A DNA stretch of 64,000 bases from a virus, in the IMG/VR virus record IMGVR_UViG_3300025133_000024; one strand, written 5' to 3'. This document shows, one piece after another, positions 39,727-48,076 of this stretch. The position numbers and the translations under genes are program-made. The stretch's first letter is position 1. Each line of letters starts with the position of its first letter. The notes below the pieces were generated by a model. That model searched no databases. It had not been told where the DNA came from and was given only the letters and a program-made list of their open reading frames with translations.

Positions 39727-39999
39727 TTAGCGGGGGGCGGCGCTCATAAGCGGCCCCATTGCGTGGCGGCTATCATAATAAAAGCCCTTGGTCGCCTGGT
39801 GGATGAAGTAGGCGAGGGGTTTTTTGCCGTTAAAGGCATAGCGGGGGAAGATCCGGTCAAAAATGATAGGATAGTTGATATCGGCTTGTTTGTGTTGTTT
39901 TTGTTGTTTAAACATTGCTAGCTCCTTATAGGGTATAGAGTTGATGAGGTTCGTGAGGGGGGCGGCTGCTATCAATTTCAAAATTTCTTGAGCTTTCAT
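39727..39999 (-). CDS. hypothetical protein, paralogue of 40102-40359
   Basis: near-identical duplicate with SD. Confidence 0.7.
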   Translation of the reverse strand: MKAQEILKLIAAAPLTNLINSIPYKELAMFKQQKQHKQADINYPIIFDRIFPRYAFNGKKPLAYFIHQATKGFYYDSRHAMGPLMSAAPR

Positions 40000-40101
40000 G
40001 TTTTTTTCTCCTTATAGGGTATAGGGGGTCACTCAACCTATAACAAAGCAGAGCATTTACCTTAGTCCAACAACAAAGCCCCGCTAGGGGGCTAGCTAGG
40101 G

Positions 40102-40359
40102 TTAGCGGGGGGCGGCGCTCATAAGCGGCCACATTGCGTGGCGGCTATCATAATAAAAGCCTTTGACGGGGTTGTCCTTAGAGATCCGGTCAAAGGCATA
40201 GCGGGGAAAGATCCGGTCAAAAATGATAGGATAGTTGATAGCGGCTTGTTTGTGTTGTTTTTGTTGTTTAAACATTGCTAGCTCCGTATAGGGTATAGAG
40301 TTGATGAGGCTCGTGAGGGGGGCGGCTGCTATCAATTTCAAAATTTCTTGAGCTTTCAT
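40102..40359 (-). CDS. hypothetical protein, paralogue of 39727-39999
   Basis: near-identical duplicate with SD. Confidence 0.7.
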   Translation of the reverse strand: MKAQEILKLIAAAPLTSLINSIPYTELAMFKQQKQHKQAAINYPIIFDRIFPRYAFDRISKDNPVKGFYYDSRHAMWPLMSAAPR

Positions 40360-40400
40360 GTTTTTTTCTCCTATGGTGGGCTTGATTGCCCTGTAGATAT

Positions 40401-40429
40401 AATATGGGGATGAGTGACAGAAAAGTCAA
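40401..40429 (-). promoter_or_regulatory. sigma70-type promoter
   Basis: TTGACT-17-CATATT + GGGC-AATCAA-GCCC. Confidence 0.65.
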
Positions 40430-40455
40430 GAGGCAGGGGGAAGTTTTTTACATAT

Positions 40456-40701
40456 TTAGGAGTTGTAGATAATGTCGTCAAGAGCATGCGACGGGGCTTT
40501 GTCCATCCCCTGTTCTGCAAGCTTGCGAACCCAAGGAAGCTGCTTTGCAGACAAGGGGCGATATTTGGCATGAGTGAGCAGGGATTCTGCGAATCCCTGA
40601 GCAGAACGAGGAACCCAACGCTGGACTTTTGCCAGCGTTGTCAACCATCCTTTGCAGTTGTTGTCGTTCTCACAAAAGCAGTCACGTTGTTTGTCAGTCA
40701 T
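40456..40701 (-). CDS. hypothetical early protein
   Basis: own promoter; SLLTHAKYRPLSAKQ. Confidence 0.65.
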   Translation of the reverse strand: MTDKQRDCFCENDNNCKGWLTTLAKVQRWVPRSAQGFAESLLTHAKYRPLSAKQLPWVRKLAEQGMDKAPSHALDDIIYNS

Positions 40702-40746
40702 CTGGTTTCACCTGTTACAAGTGGGGCATCATTGCCCTGTAAATAC

Positions 40747-40775
40747 AAGATAGGTTCTGAGAAGTGGAATGTCAA
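40747..40775 (-). promoter_or_regulatory. sigma70-type promoter
   Basis: TTGACA-17-TATCTT. Confidence 0.75.
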
Positions 40776-40800
40776 GAGGTTTTTGAAAAAAGATGAATAA

Positions 40801-40863
40801 TTTTTCATTCCCCCTATTAGAAGAAAGCTTATAAAAAGCCTGTAGAATAGGGGGAATGAAAAA
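40801..40863. repeat. inverted repeat CCCTATT-N27-AATAGGG (inverted orientation)
   Basis: 18-bp perfect arms, 27-nt spacer. Confidence 0.85.
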
Positions 40864-40867
40864 TTGG

Positions 40868-41128
40868 TTAGGAGTTGTTGTTGCGGCGCTTGATAAGGAA
40901 CTGAGGCTTGTGCTTGTACAACTCGCCGCTAACCTGAAAAGTCCTGTCAGTGAGCAGAGCTGTACGAATCATAGACGGCTTGACCTTCCGGCGGAGGGAT
41001 TTGTACTGTTCGGAGTGATTCTGTCGGAGGTAGTTGTTAACGTTCCCCCGCACTTCACTGAGGAAACCTGACGGGGTTGTTTGTGCGATGGCGCGAATGA
41101 GGGCACGGGTGACGATGGCTTTGCTCAT
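40868..41128 (-). CDS. basic hypothetical early protein
   Basis: own promoter and AGGAG SD. Confidence 0.7.
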   Translation of the reverse strand: MSKAIVTRALIRAIAQTTPSGFLSEVRGNVNNYLRQNHSEQYKSLRRKVKPSMIRTALLTDRTFQVSGELYKHKPQFLIKRRNNNS

Positions 41129-41170
41129 GTGGTTTTTCTCCTATTGTGGGCTTTATTGCCCTGTAGATAT

Positions 41171-41199
41171 AACTTAGTAACTGAGGGATGGAATGTCAA
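41171..41199 (-). promoter_or_regulatory. sigma70-type promoter
   Basis: TTGACA-17-TAAGTT. Confidence 0.75.
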
Positions 41200-41217
41200 G
41201 GGTTATTTTGAGAAAGT

Positions 41218-41463
41218 TTAAAAATCATGCCTGCCCATTTGTTGTCTCTCCATTCGGCGCAGGTACTCATCGCTCATGTAGTAATCACCCGTATCATCAC
41301 ATTCGTCATAACACTTTCGACAAACCCAGTTGTATTTGGTTTCATACACATCTTTGCCTTCCAAACGGAAGCCGCAGCTCTCACAGGCTGCTTGTTGGGA
41401 GTTGCCTGTGAGAGCTGCCCATTTTTTCAGAAGCCAATTGTACTCTTCGTTTTTCGTTGGCAT
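41218..41463 (-). CDS. small zinc-finger protein
   Basis: CESC...CRKC. Confidence 0.7.
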   Translation of the reverse strand: MPTKNEEYNWLLKKWAALTGNSQQAACESCGFRLEGKDVYETKYNWVCRKCYDECDDTGDYYMSDEYLRRMERQQMGRHDF

Positions 41464-41507
41464 GTTTCTTTACCTCTTGTGTGTGGGCTTGATTGCCCTG
41501 TAGATAT

Positions 41508-41536
41508 AACTTAGTAACTGAGGTATGGAATGTCAA
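41508..41536 (-). promoter_or_regulatory. sigma70-type promoter
   Basis: TTGACA-17-TAAGTT. Confidence 0.75.
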
Positions 41537-41569
41537 GGGTTATTTTGAAAAAAAGGTGATTTTCTGTAA

Positions 41570-41614
41570 CTCCCTATTTTGCGACGTTTTTATGACGTTT
41601 CTTCTAATAGGGAG
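41570..41614. repeat. inverted repeat CTCCCTATT-N27-AATAGGGAG
   Basis: direct inspection. Confidence 0.85.
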
Positions 41615-41633
41615 AATGATTTTTTTTTGGGGT

Positions 41634-41906
41634 CTAGAAGGGGTTGAGTTGATAGCCCAAATTGCAGATAAGGATTTCCAGAGCCTCGTCTTTTTCGGGA
41701 TAGATGTTAGAGGAGTGTCTTTCTAAGTCGTCAAGGGCAAGGCGGAGGGTGTCACCGTCGATACCGCCACCGGAAATCCAAGTGCTCCCGACACTGTAAA
41801 TGGGACACCATTGACCCCCATGATAGTGCATCAACTCTCTTGCTTGATTGTTGATGTCGTAGTAGAGATTGTTCTCAGGACACTTGCCGGTCAATTCGCA
41901 AATCAT
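41634..41906 (-). CDS. hypothetical early protein
   Basis: own promoter and SD; HGGQWCPIYSVGS. Confidence 0.7.
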   Translation of the reverse strand: MICELTGKCPENNLYYDINNQARELMHYHGGQWCPIYSVGSTWISGGGIDGDTLRLALDDLERHSSNIYPEKDEALEILICNLGYQLNPF

Positions 41907-41949
41907 CTTTTCACCTCTTTGGGAGTGGGCTTGATTGCCCGATGTTTAT

Positions 41950-41978
41950 AACTTAGTAACTGAGGGATGGAATGTCAA
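41950..41978 (-). promoter_or_regulatory. sigma70-type promoter
   Basis: TTGACA-17-TAAGTT. Confidence 0.75.
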
Positions 41979-41987
41979 GGGCGAAGG

Positions 41988-42209
41988 TTAAACTTTTTTC
42001 TTGTCCCAAAAGTGTATCAAAGCCAGTTCGATTTTCTTGTGAGTTTCCATGGCTCTATCATACAACCTGTTCAATTTTTTTCTTGTTCTTTGTTCCTCTG
42101 GTGTGAGTGTGTCTTTGTCCAATTCCTCTAGTTGGGTGTGTAACCCTCTTAAAACCTTTTCCGAAAAGTATTCTTGACTTTGAAGCTCATCAATTGTCAA
42201 CATTTTCAT
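41988..42209 (-). CDS. helical hypothetical early protein
   Basis: own promoter and SD. Confidence 0.7.
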   Translation of the reverse strand: MKMLTIDELQSQEYFSEKVLRGLHTQLEELDKDTLTPEEQRTRKKLNRLYDRAMETHKKIELALIHFWDKKKV

Positions 42210-42252
42210 GTGTCACCTATTCAAAGGGGAGGCATCATTGCCTCATGTGTAT

Positions 42253-42281
42253 AATCTAGTAACTGAGGTATGGAATGTCAA
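42253..42281 (-). promoter_or_regulatory. sigma70-type promoter
   Basis: TTGACA-17-TAGATT. Confidence 0.75.
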
Positions 42282-42312
42282 GGGTTATTTTGAGAAAAGA
42301 CTGTTTTTCTAT

Positions 42313-42361
42313 AACTCCCTATTCTACGTCATTTTTATGACGTTTTCTCTAATAGGGAGTT
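42313..42361. repeat. inverted repeat AACTCCCTATT-N27-AATAGGGAGTT
   Basis: nested inner ACGTCAT/ATGACGT. Confidence 0.85.
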
Positions 42362-42367
42362 AGAATT

Positions 42368-42607
42368 TTATCGGGTCATGAGATAGACCTCGATTGCTCT
42401 GCTTTCGTCTTGACCTCGATAGAGTAAATTGTCCATGTTGTCTCTCACCTCCCATCGCACGGGGCACCCTCTCATTTGTCTGTGGAGTAGGGCATTAAGA
42501 GAACCTTGCTTCTCGTCTGTTTCTACAGGTACTCTGACGATATCCTTCCAGCAATTCAACATTCGGCTTCTCAGGTTCAGTCTCTTGAGTTTTTCCTCGA
42601 TTTTCAT
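42368..42607 (-). CDS. hypothetical early protein
   Basis: own promoter and SD. Confidence 0.7.
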   Translation of the reverse strand: MKIEEKLKRLNLRSRMLNCWKDIVRVPVETDEKQGSLNALLHRQMRGCPVRWEVRDNMDNLLYRGQDESRAIEVYLMTR

Positions 42608-42650
42608 TATTGCTTTCTCCTATTATTGGGCTTGATTGCCCTGTGAATTC

Positions 42651-42679
42651 AATATAGGTTCTGAGAAGTGGTTTGTCAA
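42651..42679 (-). promoter_or_regulatory. sigma70-type promoter
   Basis: TTGACA-17-TATATT. Confidence 0.8.
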
Positions 42680-42761
42680 GAGGTTTTTTGGAAAAAGTGC
42701 AAAAATAAAATTTGCGGATATAAGGGAGAAGTAATGACCTCTCGCCTTAGCGTACAATGAT

Positions 42762-42938
42762 TTATTTTTGCAAATCAGGTTGTTCTCTCAAGAGTTGATT
42801 TGTTGTTTGGGTTGGATTCATATCATCCATGAACGAATTCCAAAAATCAAATTCAATGTCATCGATATTGAAAGTCCCTTCTGTTCGGTTGTTCAGTTTT
42901 TCTTCTACTTTCTTAAGCCAGTTTTGAAACTCGTTCAT
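42762..42938 (-). CDS. 58-aa hypothetical early protein (below ORF-track cutoff)
   Basis: MNEFQNWLKKVEEKL...; AAGGA SD and own promoter. Confidence 0.65.
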   Translation of the reverse strand: MNEFQNWLKKVEEKLNNRTEGTFNIDDIEFDFWNSFMDDMNPTQTTNQLLREQPDLQK

Positions 42939-42961
42939 TGTTTTTTTCCTTCTGTGAATTC

Positions 42962-42990
42962 AAGGTAAGAATTCAAGTTTTGTTTGTCAA
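42962..42990 (-). promoter_or_regulatory. sigma70-type promoter
   Basis: TTGACA-17-TACCTT. Confidence 0.7.
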
Positions 42991-43023
42991 GACTGTTTTT
43001 GAAAAAAAGGTGATTTTCTGTAA

Positions 43024-43068
43024 CTCCCTATTTTGCTTGCTTTTTATAAGCTTTCTTCTAATAGGGAG
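43024..43068. repeat. inverted repeat CTCCCTATT-N27-AATAGGGAG
   Basis: direct inspection. Confidence 0.85.
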
Positions 43069-43303
43069 AATGATTTTTTTTGCTCCTTTTTGTTGTTAGA
43101 ATTTTGTTCTGTTTTGGTGGGTTGTGGCTGCTTGTTTTTGTCGTTTTTTTCGGATGATTCGGGCTTTATACCACATCCCTACACAAAAACTCCACATCGA
43201 TTTTTGCATTATTCCACATTATCTTTCTATTTTGTTCCTCTTTGGTTTTTGTTATTTGTTTGATTTTCTTTTGTGTTTGTGGGCTTGATTGCCCGATGAA
43301 TAT

Positions 43304-43332
43304 AACTTAGTAACTGAGGGATGGAATGTCAA
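43304..43332 (-). promoter_or_regulatory. sigma70-type promoter
   Basis: TTGACA-17-TAAGTT. Confidence 0.75.
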
Positions 43333-43407
43333 GGGATTGTTTCGTTTTTTCTTGTTTAAAAAGTCATTTGAAAACGAAACAACCGATGTTATGGGGGTTT
43401 TGTGGAA

Positions 43408-43632
43408 TTATTGTAAGAGTAGTATCATGTTACAATATAGTTCCACAATTTGATGTCTATCGTGAGATGTAAAGATATTGGAGTCATGTTTTGTAATTTG
43501 GAATAAGAGGGTATCAGTTAAGGAAAGGGAAAGATTGTTTTGAGTGTGTATGGTCTTAGGGTTTTTTCTTCTTTTGTTTCTGTTCAGACTTGCTCGGAGT
43601 TTTGCTTTCCATCTTTCCAATTTGGGAATCAT
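43408..43632 (-). CDS. basic hypothetical early protein
   Basis: GAGG SD before MIPKL. Confidence 0.5.
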   Translation of the reverse strand: MIPKLERWKAKLRASLNRNKRRKNPKTIHTQNNLSLSLTDTLLFQITKHDSNIFTSHDRHQIVELYCNMILLLQ

Positions 43633-43680
43633 TGTTTTTCCTCGCATGTTTTTGTTATTGGTGTCTTGTCTCATGTTTAT

Positions 43681-43709
43681 AACATGGTGACTGAGGTTAG
43701 GAATGTCAA
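43681..43709 (-). promoter_or_regulatory. sigma70-type promoter
   Basis: TTGACA-17-CATGTT. Confidence 0.6.
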
Positions 43710-43716
43710 GGGATGA

Positions 43717-43932
43717 TTAGAAGTTTTTTTTGCATAGGATGTAGGATGTGTGGAAAGAGATTCGATATATTACCCCATGTTGATTCTTGACAAAGATTTG
43801 TTCTTTTATTTTGTATAGTTTATGTTTTTGCATGTATTGAAAGGTGAAAGATGTTCTTCGAATATGTTTTGTGTGTGGGGATTGAAAAAGGAGAGTGCTA
43901 ATACAAGTTACCAGGAAAGCTTTTTTTGTCAT
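43717..43932 (-). CDS. hypothetical early protein
   Basis: leader shared with 44965-45183. Confidence 0.5.
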   Translation of the reverse strand: MTKKAFLVTCISTLLFQSPHTKHIRRTSFTFQYMQKHKLYKIKEQIFVKNQHGVIYRISFHTSYILCKKNF

Positions 43933-43974
43933 GTTTGCTCACAATGTTTTGTTATTGGTGACTGCCATGTGTTC

Positions 43975-44002
43975 AATATAAGCAGTCAAAGAGAGTTGTC
44001 AA
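43975..44002 (-). promoter_or_regulatory. sigma70-type promoter
   Basis: TTGACA-16-TATATT. Confidence 0.7.
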
Positions 44003-44159
44003 GAGGTTTTTGAATCTTTTTGGTGTTAGGGGTTGTGTTGGGTGTTGAAAATGGATTGTGGGGAATGTGAGAGAGGATTATTTTGATTTATTGTTGTTGA
44101 TGTGCGAGAAGCAATGTTTTGACAGCAACGGTGTAATTGGTTCATTGCCCGATGAATAC

Positions 44160-44188
44160 AGCTTGATAACTGTGAGAATGATTGTCAA
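44160..44188 (-). promoter_or_regulatory. promoter module with weak -10; no clear downstream ORF
   Basis: TTGACA-17-CAAGCT; homologous to 46671-46699. Confidence 0.45.
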
Positions 44189-44205
44189 GGTTTTTTACAA
44201 ATTAT

Positions 44206-44859
44206 TTAATGTTTTTTAAATGCAATTCCGAGTTGTCGTTCGAAAAGAAAGTTAGGTTTAAGGCATAGTTGGCAATCGGCGCAAACAATGCCTTGCGTTT
44301 GTTCAAGACAGGGGATGAAGGTAATTTGGGGGTATTCTTCGAAAGTGAAGGCTTTATTTTGATTTGGGAAGTCATCAACGACAATGGCAGGCGAGTAACC
44401 TTGCTCAAGAGCTTGTGGGATTTCCTCGGGATTTTGAATGGAAGCGAGAACATTGACTGCTGAGTTCCAGAAGTGGCGTGAAACATCCATCCAGGCATGT
44501 GTATAAGTCCAGGCGTAGGTTTTTTCTGGACTTCTTTTGATAAAGCGCGAAGCTGCGTTGGAAACCATCATCGCAGCCATGGGAGTTTTGCAATCGCCCA
44601 CAACATGCAAGCGAAGGTGTTGCCCGTTGGAACGAAGGTTATCAATCTCTACGGTCTCGCGGTGTGCGATGTCAGTGGAGCTTTTTGTTATGGATTTGTT
44701 GAGTCTATGAGTTGTGAATCCAGTAAACCCTTTCTCAGCGTAACAGCCATTGTTGTAGAAGGGACAAGAACTAGGGCAAGAAGTTTGGGATGCGTAGGTC
44801 GCGCTGACACGACCAGTTTTTCTGTTGTTGGATTGTTGAACTGCAATTGCTGGTTTCAT
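44206..44859 (-). CDS. Cys-rich phage protein (gp88/DUF7227-like)
   Basis: CPSSCPF..GCYA, LRLHVVGD, WTYTH, C..CADCQLC. Confidence 0.65.
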   Translation of the reverse strand: MKPAIAVQQSNNRKTGRVSATYASQTSCPSSCPFYNNGCYAEKGFTGFTTHRLNKSITKSSTDIAHRETVEIDNLRSNGQHLRLHVVGDCKTPMAAMMVSNAASRFIKRSPEKTYAWTYTHAWMDVSRHFWNSAVNVLASIQNPEEIPQALEQGYSPAIVVDDFPNQNKAFTFEEYPQITFIPCLEQTQGIVCADCQLCLKPNFLFERQLGIAFKKH

Positions 44860-44910
44860 TCTTTTTGTTCCTCTTTGGTTTTTGTTATTGGTGTCTTGTT
44901 TCGTATAACC

Positions 44911-44938
44911 AACATAAGCAGTATTGAGAGAATGTCAA
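44911..44938 (-). promoter_or_regulatory. sigma70-type promoter
   Basis: TTGACA-16-TATGTT. Confidence 0.7.
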
Positions 44939-44964
44939 GGTTTGTTTGGAAGTTTTTTTATTTT

Positions 44965-45183
44965 TTATTCTGGGAAGGAGTCAAATATTTGCGTCAAGTA
45001 ATACGTTTCAGTCTTATAACAAAAGCTGAACATATGAGCGATATTGTTTATGTAAGTCGGATATAGGATGGATGGTTTCAAGCCTATGACTCTAACCAAG
45101 AAAAACAACAATTTCTTATGTTGGAGTTTCAGCCCATTTTCTTTTGCAAAAATCAAAAGCTCTTTCAATCTCATCTTGTGCAT
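44965..45183 (-). CDS. 72-aa hypothetical protein, paralogue of 46726-46944
   Basis: differences between copies mostly synonymous. Confidence 0.7.
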   Translation of the reverse strand: MHKMRLKELLIFAKENGLKLQHKKLLFFLVRVIGLKPSILYPTYINNIAHMFSFCYKTETYYLTQIFDSFPE

Positions 45184-45226
45184 GTTTGCCTCGCAATGTT
45201 TTGTTATTGGTGACTGCCATGTGTTC

Positions 45227-45254
45227 AATATAAGCAGTCAAAGAAGGATGTCAA
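45227..45254 (-). promoter_or_regulatory. sigma70-type promoter
   Basis: TTGACA-16-TATATT. Confidence 0.7.
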
Positions 45255-45339
45255 GAGGTTTTTGAAAGTTTTTGATATGTGGGGTTGTGTTGGGTGTTGA
45301 AAATGGATTGAGGGGGATGTGAGAGGGAATAAAAATGTT

Positions 45340-45993
45340 TTATTGTTGTTGATGTGCGAGAAGCAAGGTTTTGATGGTAATGGTGTAGATGTCAATGTCG
45401 GTTTGAGAGTAACCGTTGTCGAGGCCAATTTGTTGACCTTGTTTCTCCCATTCATCCCATGTTAGGGATTGACAGCCAATGATAACCTTGTCATCTGTGA
45501 TGGTTATTTGGTGTTTGTGGAGTTTTGCGGTTAGTGGGGATTTTGTGACATAGGAGTTGTTTGTGACAGTGGAGTTGTTTATGACATAGGAGTTTATGAC
45601 ATTGGAGTTTATGACATAGGAGCTGTTTGTGACATTGGAGTTTATGACATTGGAGTTGTTTGTGACAGTGGAGTTGTTTGTGACATTGGAGTTGTTTGTG
45701 ACATTGGAGTTGTTTATGACATTGGAGTTTATGACATAGGAGTTGTTTGTGACATTGGAGTTGTTTATGACATTGGAGTTTATGACATTGGAGTTGTTTG
45801 TGACAGTGGAGTTGTTTGTGACATTGGAGTTGTTGAAAACGTGTGATGTGTCATCAATCCAGCTTCCATCTTGAGAAAGGGTCGATGTGTCATCAATCCA
45901 ACCACCGATTTTGTTGTCGGATATTCTTTTGATTTGATGGAGTGTGAAGCCGTTCCATTCTTTTGTTTCTCCGGTGAACGTCCAATATTGCAT
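45340..45993 (-). CDS. hexa/pentapeptide-repeat beta-helix phage protein
   Basis: LHQIKRISDNKIGGWID then about 17 (N)NSxV[TI] repeats. Confidence 0.8.
   Translation of the reverse strand: MQYWTFTGETKEWNGFTLHQIKRISDNKIGGWIDDTSTLSQDGSWIDDTSHVFNNSNVTNNSTVTNNSNVINSNVINNSNVTNNSYVINSNVINNSNVTNNSNVTNNSTVTNNSNVINSNVTNSSYVINSNVINSYVINNSTVTNNSYVTKSPLTAKLHKHQITITDDKVIIGCQSLTWDEWEKQGQQIGLDNGYSQTDIDIYTITIKTLLLAHQQQ
45540..45837. repeat. 15/18-bp coding minisatellite
   Basis: tgacattggagtt(gtttg|ta) units. Confidence 0.9.
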
Positions 45994-46041
45994 GTTTTGT
46001 TTCCTCTTGTTTTTGTTATCGGTGTCTTGCTTTGTATAACC

Positions 46042-46069
46042 AACATAAGCAGTATTGAGAGAATGTCAA
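46042..46069 (-). promoter_or_regulatory. sigma70-type promoter
   Basis: TTGACA-16-TATGTT; module near-identical to 44870-44960. Confidence 0.7.
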
Positions 46070-46115
46070 GGTTTGTTTGGAAGTTTTTTTATTTTTGCTG
46101 TGGAGGTTTTTGTTA

Positions 46116-46622
46116 TTAGTAGTGTCGGATGATTTGGAGTATAAAGCGTTCATCCCACTTGCCACGATTATATTGATTGCAGCATTGATTACAAGCTTTT
46201 CTGCCTGTTTTCCATTGTTTGCCCATTCTGGAAAAGTGGAATTGATAATTGCATGTTTGGCAAACAGCAGAGTACTTATAACCCATTGTTGCCGGTGTCA
46301 AAAGATGTCTGTATTCTTCTACATTTGCGCATCTTTCAGGTTTTGCGCCCACCAACAGAGCATATTCTTGCCACTCCAAGTCATGACCCGCGTGAAATCC
46401 AGCCAGAGCGTGTGCTACCTCATGTAAGCTAGTGTTTTCCATGACTTCCATCGGAAGAACAGACGCAAACAAAATCGACAATTCAATCTGGCGTGTTCGA
46501 AAATGTGTTAATCCAAGTGCAGTCGTCCTTTTATTCCAGTGAAAGCTCCAGCCTTCACTCTTACACAGGTATTCCGCAATGTGACTTTCTACCATTCTTT
46601 GAATTTCCAGAGTTTTGCTCAT
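46116..46622 (-). CDS. SprT-like zinc metalloprotease
   Basis: LGLT..R..IELS, HEVAHAL, GHDLEW, CQTC. Confidence 0.9.
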   Translation of the reverse strand: MSKTLEIQRMVESHIAEYLCKSEGWSFHWNKRTTALGLTHFRTRQIELSILFASVLPMEVMENTSLHEVAHALAGFHAGHDLEWQEYALLVGAKPERCANVEEYRHLLTPATMGYKYSAVCQTCNYQFHFSRMGKQWKTGRKACNQCCNQYNRGKWDERFILQIIRHY

Positions 46623-46670
46623 GTTTTGTTTCCTCTTGTTTTTGTTATGGACTTGTTGTCCGATGAATAC

Positions 46671-46699
46671 AACTTGATAACTGTGAGAATGATTGTCAA
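46671..46699 (-). promoter_or_regulatory. promoter module with weak -10
   Basis: TTGACA-17-CAAGTT. Confidence 0.5.
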
Positions 46700-46725
46700 G
46701 GTTTATTTGGAAGTTTTTTTATTTT

Positions 46726-46944
46726 TTATTCTGGAAAGGAGTCAAATATTTGTGTCAAGTAATATGTTTCAGTCTCATAACAAAAGCTGAACATATGAGC
46801 GACCTTATTGATATACGTTGGATACAAGATGGATGGCTTCAAGCCAATGATTCGAACCAAAAAAAACAGCAACTTCTTATGTTGGAGTTTCAGCCCATTT
46901 TCTTTCGCAAAAATCAAAAGCTCTTTCAATCTCATCTTGTGCAT
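46726..46944 (-). CDS. 72-aa hypothetical protein, paralogue of 44965-45183
   Basis: near-identical protein. Confidence 0.7.
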   Translation of the reverse strand: MHKMRLKELLIFAKENGLKLQHKKLLFFLVRIIGLKPSILYPTYINKVAHMFSFCYETETYYLTQIFDSFPE

Positions 46945-46987
46945 GTTTGCCTCGCAATGTTTTGTTATTGGTGACTGCCATGTGTTC

Positions 46988-47015
46988 AATATAAGCAGTC
47001 AAAGAAGGATGTCAA
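46988..47015 (-). promoter_or_regulatory. sigma70-type promoter
   Basis: TTGACA-16-TATATT. Confidence 0.7.
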
Positions 47016-47143
47016 GAGGTTTTTGAAAGTTTTTGATATGTGGGGTTGTGTTGGGTGTTGTGTTGGGTGTTGAAAATGGATTGAGGGGGATGTGAGAGGG
47101 AATAAAAATTGTTTTATTTGGAGGGTTTATGCAAACGAAGAAA

Positions 47144-47172
47144 GCCCCATGAGACAAAGCTTCTCATGGGGC
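47144..47172 (-). terminator. intrinsic terminator
   Basis: GCCCCATGAGA-7nt-TCTCATGGGGC + T-rich tail. Confidence 0.8.
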
Positions 47173-47266
47173 GGATAAAAGGATATTAGGTTTGGTCTCT
47201 AATGTTATTCATAAGGTACCTTTGTAGGTATGGGGTTGTTGGGAAGTTTTTTTTTGGGGTTATTGT

Positions 47267-47929
47267 TTATTTGTCGTAAAGAGTACCAAAAGTCTCGAAA
47301 GGAGTAGTTGCGGTGATACAGGCGACGCACACATATTCATCGGAGTTGTTTTTGTTTTCGGCTTTCCAGACATTGGAAGAGACTTCCGTCCAAGCGGTCA
47401 ACTCGATGTCTTTGTAGCGGCGCTCCGCGTTCTTTTTGAGTTGTTGGATGCGAACATCCTTTTGCTCTTGTTGTTGTTGAGAGAGATAGGTACGGACGGC
47501 GCTTTCTTTGATTTCTTTCCCATCCTCTTGTTGCGGGAATTGTTCATTGATAGCTTCGGTGAGAAGCGGGATGTTCCAGGATTTATTTTCGGTGGTTTCG
47601 CCTTTGTCGTTTTCGGTGACGGGGGGTGTTTGGCTCAGGAGGGTTGCGACGTAGGCTTTGTGTTCATCCGAGAAGTTGCTGGTACGGCCACGGTGTTTGG
47701 ATTCGAGAGCGGCGTAACCTTCTTCTTCAAACTTCTTTTTGAGGCTGTAGACCGTGTTCATCTGAACACCGTTGTGAAAAGCGACAGCGAGGGCCTTTTG
47801 ACCTTCCGCCAGTTCGAGGAGGATTTTGGCACGGGTTCGTTTTTTCGGGTGGTTTCCTTCGTCGTTCATGATTTGGGTGAGAGTGTCGATTTGAGTCTGG
47901 GTCAGGTCGAATTGGCTTTTCTTGCTCAT
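47267..47929 (-). CDS. HTH protein resembling IS630 transposase N-terminus (no DDE domain)
   Basis: RAKILL..AEG...TVY..KKKFEEEG..AL...RGR..F......L...P...SW....L. Confidence 0.7.
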   Translation of the reverse strand: MSKKSQFDLTQTQIDTLTQIMNDEGNHPKKRTRAKILLELAEGQKALAVAFHNGVQMNTVYSLKKKFEEEGYAALESKHRGRTSNFSDEHKAYVATLLSQTPPVTENDKGETTENKSWNIPLLTEAINEQFPQQEDGKEIKESAVRTYLSQQQQEQKDVRIQQLKKNAERRYKDIELTAWTEVSSNVWKAENKNNSDEYVCVACITATTPFETFGTLYDK

Positions 47930-47981
47930 GGTTTTTCTATCCTATGGTCTTTGTTGTTGGGCTTTATTGCCCGATGAATTC

Positions 47982-48010
47982 AAGATAAGAATTCAAGTTT
48001 TGTTTGTCAA
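47982..48010 (-). promoter_or_regulatory. sigma70-type promoter
   Basis: TTGACA-17-TATCTT + GGGC-AATAAA-GCCC. Confidence 0.75.
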
Positions 48011-48076
48011 CTCTTTTTCAAAACTTTTTTCAAGTTTTTTTGAGTTGCTGAGACTTGTTGTCTCTGTTGTGGTTGC

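Larger units (their letters stand above)
39615..40372. repeat. tandem cassette duplication (375 + 360 bp + partial third)
   Basis: units start 39615, 39990, 40350. Confidence 0.9.
44933..45345. repeat. dispersed cassette duplicate of 46694-47118
   Basis: gene + promoter + C-rich tract nearly identical. Confidence 0.85.

Noticed and set aside
39926-40132. ORF spanning the duplication junction
   Set aside because: Out-of-frame overlap of two real genes and a terminator
45540-45837. Diversity-generating retroelement TR/VR
   Set aside because: No reverse transcriptase in the window; variation is simple unit expansion
47267-47929. Intact IS630 element
   Set aside because: No DDE domain or terminal inverted repeats identified; flanked by phage promoter and terminator
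44497-47977. Plus-strand ORFs 44497-45066, 46077-46427, 47441-47977
   Set aside because: Antisense to well-supported genes and promoter modules
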